Below, piece after piece: positions 24,313 through 32,827 of a stretch of 32,827 bases of DNA. Position numbers and translations under genes: made by a program. The DNA is from Ionaspis alba (taxonomy: Eukaryota), in assembly GCA_964255285.1 (NCBI GenBank), contig CAXUUL010000099.1:1-32827 (forward strand), in the 5' to 3' direction. Under the pieces are notes generated by a model, which was not told the origin of the DNA, made no database searches, and worked only from the letters and a program-made list of their open reading frames with translations. Numbering within the stretch: position 1 is the first letter of the stretch; each line of letters starts with the position of its first letter.

Positions 24313-24612
24313 ACTGAACTATACACAATTCCACGCGAAGATGTTCCAAGAGGGACATTCTTGGCGAACAGATGTTCCGATATTGAGCTTCATCTATCAT
24401 TGCTCCAAACTGTGATTGCTCTAAATCAGTTTTGAAGCAGAGTCAGTCCAGCGGCTCCGCTGTGAACCTTGCCGGTTCATGGCTTGCAAAAGAGCTCGTG
24501 CCACAAATTACAGGGAGAACGAACCGTTCTGAGCACCCGGAGGCCGCCCAATAAAAGAAAGCTCTGGGCCGCGTGGCGGGCACCCAACTAAGTTACGGCT
24601 TTGATTTACTAA

Positions 24613-24910
24613 CAGTGTAGTCAAAAAAATTGAAATTGGTTAGAAATCGATTCCAATTTCAGCAATTTAAAATCGAAATCAATTTCAATTTCAACTATAA
24701 AATTCGATTTTATGTAAGATATGTATAGTATTCATAAATATTGCATAATTGTGAGGAACTATACAATAGCTGTCTCCCCCGAGGGGATACCCCGGGAGTA
24801 TCCCTATATATACCCCTATAGGAGGGTCTCAGCTATGAAATGCAGAGACCTTTACCACCTACTTTTAGGTAGTTTAGCTGAGTAGTATAGCCTCACCTAC
24901 TATTCTCTAA
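24613..24910. repeat. AT-rich patch with clustered short inverted repeats; possible transposon-end or MITE relic
   Basis: TGAAATTGG(24631-24639)/CCAATTTCA(24653-24661), repeated CAATTT, ATAAAAT-TCG-ATTTTAT, GGGATAC(24784)...GTATCCC(24804), GGTCTC...GAGACC, ACCTA-CTTT-TAGGT; many TpA dinucleotides. Confidence 0.4.
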
Positions 24911-25115
24911 CATCTGGTCAATTTTACTACACTGTTTACCAACTACTTTGCAAGGTGTGCCGGCGGTCGATAAAATCGTGCAATTCTGTACTCTGATCAG
25001 AATGATTTGCCACAGGGACGGCGTGTCAAGTAAATGGAAATGAATTTTGTTCTCATTGGCACATCGCTACACTAGACCGCATACTCTTTGTTCAGTAGTA
25101 GAAGGATGACGGCCC

Positions 25116-27691
25116 TTACCATAGAGCACCCTTCCCTAGCATGAATATGACAAAAGATGTAGCAAATTCTACTAGATATATACCTAGAAACCAACAGATC
25201 CAAGCAGAGCTGCCAGTACATATCCTATAAGCCATTGCGTAACAGCTTTGACAGATCCGGAAACATCGGCAGAGAGGCTCCCTAATGACCGCTTCAGCAC
25301 GAACACGTCGGATCCACTTAGGTGCTCCATGCGACCCTACATCCTCTGTACCAGATGAGTTATCATTATCCGTGAATCCCTCCCAGCTGACGTTTCGTGC
25401 TCGAACATCCGCGAGGAGCTCCTCAAACTTCTCGACAAATCCGTCCGGTGCATGGAGTTTGTGCCGAGCTATTTGCAAAGCAGTATTGCCTTCGTTGTCA
25501 CTTGCTTCTGTGTCGATCCCGCAAAGGCCGAAAGTAAGTAAAACTTCGAGGACTTCGAGACCACCAGACAAAGCAGCATAGTGGAGAATTGACCGTCGAC
25601 GATTGGAAAGTACGGTATAAGAAGCGCCGCGATGTAGCAGAAGTCGTGTCATGTCATCAGCATTGTGAAGTATTGCTGTACTCAGCGGATTGTAGCCTTC
25701 AGATTCTGAGCCATCGATTTCAGCTCCATAGTCTAATAGGATTTGAGCCAAGGCGAGATGGTTGTGGACCGCTGTGTCATTCAATGGCGTTCTTCCCTCA
25801 TAGTTCCGTCTGTTCACATCCACACCAGCTTCTGCAAGGCACTCGACGACATCTGCACCACTGTTAAAGGTTACTGCGATGTGTAGAGCATTATTTCCGT
25901 CATTGACAACCCTTTCAGTATCGGCACCAGCACCCAAAAGCAGTTTTATGCTGGTAGAGCTATTTGCGCGTGCAGCAGCATGCAATGCTGTACAACGAGA
26001 GTGGTTGAACACATCCACATCGGCGTGGGCTTTGATGAGATCTTTTACTGCCACAGTGTCACCAATCCGAGCCGCCCACAGGAGAGGAGTGTTGCCTTTT
26101 ATATCAGCACAAGCGACCAGGTTTTGGGAAGCTGTTCGTAACTCTTCCTTTAAGTCGTAAGAGAGGAGGCCAAGAACAATTTTATGGACTCTAGACAATT
26201 GATAATCTTCCAGGTAACCATTAGTATCAGGAAACAAAGCTCGAAGTGTTTCTTGATCTGCTGAATCTTCCAGAATGCAGTCCCAGGCGAGCTCAAAGGG
26301 TGTTCTATAGATTGTGAGATCGTGGTCTTTCGAGTGAAAGAAAGGTCTAGTGCTTACGGTCCCCCCCAAAATAGCTCGAGACGAGGATCTGCTCGAGCCT
26401 GAACCAGGAACTTGCAGGATTTCATTTTATGAAGCGTGATGGAAATCTATGTCGAATCGTTACCATGAGAAGTTACCTCATAACACTCTCCAACATGACC
26501 TACAGCTAGAGCTGATGCTCCATTGGGGCCTGAATCATCGGGGGACGCTAATCCCATACTGAAAAGGCGTTTCATGCCGTCCAGGTTCTCCGAAACTACC
26601 AATCGAAAGATCTCTGCGGTGACAGGAACAATTCGCCTAATGGTCAAAGACATACAAACTTGGCGTGAATGAGTGGTTGTGATTGAGAAAGCGAGAGCCG
26701 CTGTGAGAAACCAGTTTGGAAACATGTAATGCACGTAACTTCGGATTGTTGAACGACAATCGCAATCTATTTCTGTGCATCTTCGACAGTTCCTCACAGG
26801 GTATCCTGAGTAGCCGATGAACAGCGCTCCTATGACGTTCCTAGGCCAGGCTGGTGAACGGATTGCTCCCATGCCGTGGCAAACGCATCTGCAGTACAAA
26901 GTACATGGAGACCGTGGATACTTGGATACATGAGCTCGGATATGAATGATACAATTGAGAGGCCCGAGTCCATTCGCAGACACCAGTGCGGGATGGCGGG
27001 AGCTGCTGGAAGAGATTTGCTGAAGGAAAAGGTTTTGTAGGCTGCTTTGGCTACGTATAAGATTGGTAAGCAGCCTGGATTGCTCACCTAGCTGCTGGTC
27101 GATATGGATGCCGGCATAGCGCTCGCTCGCTCGCAGCTCGGTCGCAATGCCATGCATCTCATCAATTGAAAGCCCCATACGAGCCTGATAGGAGCTAAGG
27201 TATCTCAGCAAGACTCTCTTAAATAATGAGTGTGTGATTGGGGGTAGGGAAGCTTACAAGTTGGCCACTAATATCTGAGTTATGATGTCCAATTTTATGT
27301 CACGTAAGCACTGTTTGAACTCCGCGATAGTGGTTTTGGCTCTTGCCCATTCCGACCTTGAGACCTTGATTGATCCTGGAGGGTTCCCTAACCTTACGAG
27401 CCTGTACTGAATGAGCTCATCCAGCTGGAGTAACTTATCTTTCGCACGATTTGCCAGCGTTGAGACGTGTCCCAATCCTTCTCGAGATGATTCCCAGCTT
27501 TGTGTATTTCGAATGAGGTGTCTTTGAATACCGTCAAGAGTGACCTGGAAATCAGAGACTTCATTGATTAATGCCAATAGCTCGTCCGGCGCATTGCGAA
27601 GTCTCTTGATCTTCGCAAGTGATTTGGCAACACCCTCGGCAGCTCCTAGTACAGTAATGATGCCAGCAGCCACGGAGAAGGGGTCAGCCAT
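25116..27691 (-). CDS. Ankyrin-repeat protein with an N-terminal HeLo-like (fungal STAND N-terminal-type) helical domain and a hydrophobic C-terminus
   Basis: Four exons (donors at 27257, 26503, ~26357). Starts MADPFSVAAGIITVLGAAEGVAKSLAKIKRLRNAPDELLALINEVSD, has a CTLYCRCVCH motif, and ankyrin repeats GNTPLLWAA, TALHAAA, GNNALHIAV, GRTPLN, GYNPLSTAI, SILHYAA, GNTALQIA. Confidence 0.82.
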
Positions 27692-28890
27692 GACAATCAA
27701 GGAGATACGTCGTCCAGTCGGAGTCAGGCCGTCAAGGGTATATGAAGAAACAAATTAAGGGACTGAGAGGGATAATATAAATACCCGTTATCTCAATCTT
27801 CTGAAACCACCTGCTTGAAAATGAATGGAAGAAATGGGCAGCAACTTGTTCAGCTTGTACAAGTTCTCGAAGCAGTACGGCGCAGCATTCCTGAAGTCTC
27901 AAAGATCGACCATGACAACGAAGCTTAGGCAAAAGTCTGACAAGAGGAATGGAAGACTTTGCGTTCATATTGAGGCATGACATCGAGGCAGTAATGCCGC
28001 AGCCAGTCCTTTTGAATTGGTCGAAACATCAAGTGCAGACGGAGGGATACTGCCTTACACAATAGGAGAAGCCTTTGCACCGCCGTATAGTTGCTCTCAA
28101 GCGCTGAGCTCTTGTTCAAAGTTTTGGACCCTTTACCACTGTCATAACGAAGGTCCACCTATCATGGCATAACGACACACACCATTCCATTATTTGTATT
28201 CGGGCGAAAGTGTCCAATGTATCGTACAGTCGCTGCCTCTGAGCCCTGGAGGACTGAAATTGGTTATCTGAACTTCATTGTAAAACCCCAAGCTGTGTCC
28301 GTCTGGAGTCGCTCGGTCGTGAGCATTTCACGATTGGTGGTCTATATCCCATTCGCCATCAAAACGCCTGAGATTGAGAACGAGTGTGAGTATGTGAATT
28401 TGTATCGACCAAGCCATGACCACGAGAATGTAACTAACCGTGAGATTGTCGCGCACAAAAGCCTTTCGTGAAAACCCTCCACGAGCGCGTATTGGGCGAG
28501 GTCTCCTAATTTAGCGTCTGGACGCCCAAGAAGCCCCGTGGCCAGATGTGTCTTGCCTCAATTTTCTCAAGCAGACCACTCCTGTCCACCATGACGAATG
28601 CAGAATTGTCATATCTAGCTTTCCCCCAAACTTGACTTTCCTGACCCCGCCATTCGGTGACACAGTTTCAATAATTCATTGGGAAATATAGCTACTCTCT
28701 GCAGATGAAAATGAGAAATAATGGCATACGTATTAATCTGAGATCGATCGTGCTACACTCCACTTATCATAGACCTGCCTAGCAATTCTCGAGCTCTTTT
28801 TTCAGCTCAAATTACACTGTCTCGCTGAAATAACCAGAATCGCATTCAACGATACTGCTTTCAACTTCCTCATTTGCCTCATTTGGAAAC

Positions 28891-30017
28891 ATGGATCCCT
28901 CCCAGGTGGAGGTCCCTCCAATGAAAGACCTCACAATCATCAACATCACCGAAAATGTTCACGCTATAAACTCTCGCTGCCCTGATCCTCGAACGAAATA
29001 CCTCTTCGAAAGACTAGTGACTCACCTCCATGATTTTGCCCGTGAGACCCGCCTCAGCACTCCAGAATGGATGGCCGCAATCGAATTCCTGACAAAAGTT
29101 GGGCAGATATGTAGTGACGTCCGGCAGGTACCTATTGAGTTTCTTGATGGTCCTTAGAGCAGAGCAGCAACGAGCTAACGAGCTGCTCTGCAGGAGTTCA
29201 TCCTTCTATCTGACATTCTCGGCCTCTCTCTCCTCGTTGACTCGATTGACCACCCCAAACCCCCTCACTCAACTGAAGGCACTGTTCTTGGCCCCTTTCA
29301 CACGCATGAAGCCAAAAACCTCCCGAACGGTGATATCATGTCTGGGGACCCGGATGGCGAGCCCCTCCTAGTCCTGTGCACCCTCAAGAACACCAGTGGC
29401 AAACCCATTGAGGGAGCAAAGATAGACATCTGGGAAACAGACTCCAAAGGGTTTTATGATGTACAGTATGCAGAACGAGATGGTCCAGATGGGAGAGCCG
29501 TACTACATAGTGACAAAGAGGGAATGTTCTGGTTCAAGGCCATCGTGCCAGTTCCATATCCCATCCCGCATGATGGGCCTGTAGGGAAGCTGTTGAAAGT
29601 GCTGAGGAGGCATCCTTATCGGCCGAGTCATATGCATTTCATGTTTGAAAAAGAAGGATTTGACCATCTGATCACGTAAGTGCTTCATTATACACCTAGT
29701 TCTACGCCTCCATATTCAAAGACTATGTGTTGACTCCCCTGGCTAGAGCACTATATCTCCGCAACGATCCGTACGAGACTTCGGATGCCGTGTTTGGCGT
29801 CAAGAACTCGTTGGTCGTTGATCTGGGCATTGTAACAAAGGAAATGGTGCAGAAATACAGCGTTGCTCCCAATTCAAAATTGATGACTTATGATTTTGTT
29901 TTGGTGACGGACGACGAAGCCATGAGATTGAAGGAGCAGAAGGCAAGGGAAGCGATGGAGGCACAAGGGAGAAGGATGAAGTTCTATCATGGACTGCCAG
30001 TACCTGATGTGGACTAA
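28891..30017 (+). CDS. Intradiol ring-cleavage dioxygenase (hydroxyquinol/catechol 1,2-dioxygenase type)
   Basis: Exons 28891-29127, 29194-29675, 29747-30017. RQEFILLSDILGLS, TEGTVLGPF, iron-ligand motifs GFYDVQY, PYPIPHDGP, RPSHMHF, and SDAVFGVK. Confidence 0.93.
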
Positions 30018-30183
30018 TTTGAATGAATATCAAGAGTTACTTTATATAATGCAAGTCTTCGGATCTTGAACATCGGAGTGCTATCTTCCAATTGAATCAA
30101 CTGTGACTAAGCTAAGCGACCTAGCCATCTTCTGAGGTCCCGATTGAAATTCTGAGCAATGATGCCAAAGATCTCCACGTCTC

Positions 30184-31217
30184 TCATGCTCCAGCGTTAC
30201 GATAGACCTGAATCGAATTGATCGTCCAATACGCTCTGAAGAAATCCCCCGGATGATCTCTCACATACGTCTCACAAGAACCTCCATTCGCCTGGGCACA
30301 CCCACTCACCACCCAATCGGTCCCCGCCAATCCACAAAAGTCCGTTGCAATGAGGATCCGTGCATCATTCAGAAGCCCACCTATGGGAAATCCACCCCAG
30401 AAGAGCGCAAGTGGAAGGCCCCAGCCGCGTGGATTTGGTGACGCACTGGCGAGATCGGCAGGAGCAGATCCACGAGGCCAGAACCAGACTCTGATGACCA
30501 GGTTTGTCCATTCGACGGCGTAGAAACCGCCAGTGTCGCTGTTGAAGCCGGTGCCGTAGCTGTTTGGGTTGTTGGACCGGAAAGCGCAGCCCCCAGTGGT
30601 AGCGCAATTCGGGGAGAGGAGGGAAGAGCCAGAGAAAGCGTTGCCGGGAGCGATTGCGTAAGGCGTGGTGGTGCGGAGGGACATGAGGTTCTGGGAGGCC
30701 GTGTTGGTGCCAGACATGATACTGAGCTCAGATCCATTGGGGCTGAGGAGAGAACTAAATTGAGGTTAGAAAGCAGTTGGGCCAGGATTACAGACGAGTG
30801 ATTACATGGTAGGCCAGACACCACAGATTCCACCAGGCATGTGAGCTAGATCGAACACGAAGAGACCGCCGTGATAAGTTGTTAGGCTCTCTAGACGTAC
30901 AGTGCTGCGGCCGCGACCAGTAGCGGTGTTGGTGTGGTCGACACCGATGAAGACATTACCATTATCACCTGTGTTGATGATACCGTTTCTTTGAGCTGTG
31001 GTCTGGTCCGTATAGTTGACATAGCCGTTCTGCGGATCCGGACCCTTGAAGATCAGGTTAGTCTCTAAAAGTGAGAGAATACGGGTGGGTTGAGTCAAAC
31101 TGTGAAGAAGGAAAACTTGGACCAGAAATTCAAGTTGTAGTAGCGGTCTTCAAGAACATAACTGGCTGTGGTGAAAGAGAGGAGCCCTGCAACGACAACT
31201 AGAGTAGAAACGTGCAT
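30184..31217 (-). CDS. Secreted GH16 laminarinase/endo-1,3(4)-beta-glucanase-like protein with a degenerate catalytic motif
   Basis: Signal peptide MHVSTLVVVAGLLSFTTA from ATG 31217, F.FFT/GPDPQNGYVNY, GRGRSTVRLES, GLFVFDLAHMPGGICGVWP, YGTGFNSDTGGFYAVEW, VWFWPR, TDFCG, AYWTINSIQVY; two introns. Confidence 0.85.
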
Positions 31218-32113
31218 CTTGATAGGCCAGTGAAGGTGAAGAGGGATAAAGAAAAGAGTTATGAAGAGGAAGTGATCATTGTCATTTGAGTCAGAAGAAG
31301 AAGTAATTCACATTGAGAAAACAATGTCATTTTAGAATGATATAGCGAGTTTCAGGATGGCAATCTCATGATGTTGTTCGTTTGACAACGTGTGGGGTAA
31401 AGCCCTCTCATGGTCTCATATCCGACCGCGCAGCTGCAAGAACAGGAAGCTACATTGCAGATACCACGGACATACTGCTCCTTGTCTCCTCTGCAGAGAT
31501 ACCCCTGGCTCAGTCTGGCTAGAAAGGAAGCATATGGCGAGGTTTAGCTCCTGCCTCATGGAGTCGCCCTCCGTGCGCGAAGGCCGAACTAATCATCTTT
31601 TGTCACTTGGGTTGTAACCGTCCCAACTGTCTGTACTGGTATAACACAGACCATTTCTGCTCAAGACTGACTCTGCCAACCAGCACCAGCAATTGGATCC
31701 TTTTACTCTGGCTGACGTGCAAGAGGATCGTGAAGTCTGTGGGGTTCATGGGGATCAAAGCCCTGCATGGCATGGCACTAAGGTAAGGGCGGTGGCCGCG
31801 ATTAGCGGACCAATCAAACAATGCATTACCGTGGAGTAGCAATTCCCTCGGCATTGTTTATTAGATTTCTCTGCAATCACAGCCATAGAAACGAGGATAT
31901 AGACCTCCGAGTCGTCCTGATAGGTGAGAGTGGCGCTCCTTCTCTAAACTTGCCTGGCTCCAAATCCCCAGGCTGCTAGGCGGCTTCATTCCAACCTTCC
32001 CTGCACTCCTATGAGGTTTACATTATCCCTGAATCGCCTGTGAAAAGTCCTGCATACCTTTGTCATGATGCGATGCTTAGTTTGAAGCTGTAGGGAGGGT
32101 CTCGCACTCAAAG

Positions 32114-32827
32114 ATGGAACAATTTCACTACCTCCCTCTGCGTTCAGAATGAGTTTCGCCTGCTTCTCCTTCAACCCGGTGCAGAAGATGAGCATATATG
32201 CTGCGAATTGAAGCATATAACGCGTAGTACCCCTCTACGTGATGGCGTACTCAGTCTTACGTGAACTATATCACAGGTGGACCCTGTCCGCCATGTGAAG
32301 CACTATCTTATGCTTGGGGCGATTTGAAAGCTCCACGCATCCCGATAATGCCGGACGGAAAGGAGATGAAGTTCACCAAGAATCTCGAAGCTGCTCTTCG
32401 CCATCTGCGAATCGAAAGCCGCTCCAGGACTCTATGGGTGGATGCTATTTGTATAAATCAAAATAATGTGCAGGAGAAGAACGAACATGTGCTGCACATG
32501 AAAGCCATCTACGCCCTGGCGGAGCAAGTTCTAATTTGAATTGGCCGAGATATCGAGCTTGAAGATCAAGAACTAGACAACAATCCGGCATTCTCTCGAT
32601 TCGCCCAGTGGAATGTCAGCAATTTTGGCAATGGACCTGAAAGTACAGCGATGGCATTCGACTTGGTCAATAGGCTGGCCACCGCTGCCAAATCTGAGTC
32701 ATCGGATGGGATCATCGGATGAGAGAGGTTCGCTAAGGAACGATTGCCTAAACATCCGGACGTTCACGTCTCCATGTCTCGAAAATTGACGGCTGAGGAG
32801 GAAAGATGTTGGCTGTCTCTCGGACGA
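32114..32827 (+). pseudogene. HET-domain (heterokaryon incompatibility) pseudogene, runs off the right edge
   Basis: MEQFHYLPL, then a frameshift to NEFRLLLLQPG; EALSYAWG, TKNLEAALRHLR, RTLWVDAICINQNNVQEKNEHVLHMKAIY. In-frame TGA at 32537-32539 (where the motif has VxxWLG) and at 32720-32722. Confidence 0.8.

Noticed and set aside
11428..26160. Numerous antisense ORFs inside ELP3, LSC1, permease, transferase, thiolase and ankyrin genes
   Set aside because: Shadow frames of well-supported genes on the opposite strand, with no independent evidence.

Overview
Gene-dense, intron-rich eukaryotic DNA. Short GT-AG introns (about 50-60 nt) with CTRAC/CTRAT branch sites and the gene families present point to a filamentous ascomycete (Pezizomycotina); the taxon cannot be fixed from this window. 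The standout is a compact candidate fungal RiPP (dikaritin-type) locus at 1954-5678. A secreted Kex2-processed repeat precursor carries 11 units of [ED][DN]-[TSA][AS]YAQT, mostly followed by dibasic sites, and three of these units are only completed once introns that split the Tyr codon are spliced out. It is transcribed divergently from a six-exon UstYa/DUF3328 oxidase with two HxxHC motifs, and the YAQT core matches no dikaritin core I know. The rest of the window holds a partial hypothetical gene, a kinase with a beta-propeller-like tail, a V-ATPase subunit f/RNase-kappa-like gene absent from the ORF track, ELP3, succinyl-CoA ligase alpha, an amino-acid permease, a 92-aa micro-exon gene head-to-head with a CorA-like gene, and a likely beta-ketoadipate group (CoA-transferase, thiolase, intradiol dioxygenase) interrupted by an AT-rich hairpin patch and a HeLo-like/ankyrin gene. 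It ends with a GH16 with a degenerate catalytic motif and a HET-domain pseudogene. All exon models were read by hand and are unverified by transcript data.
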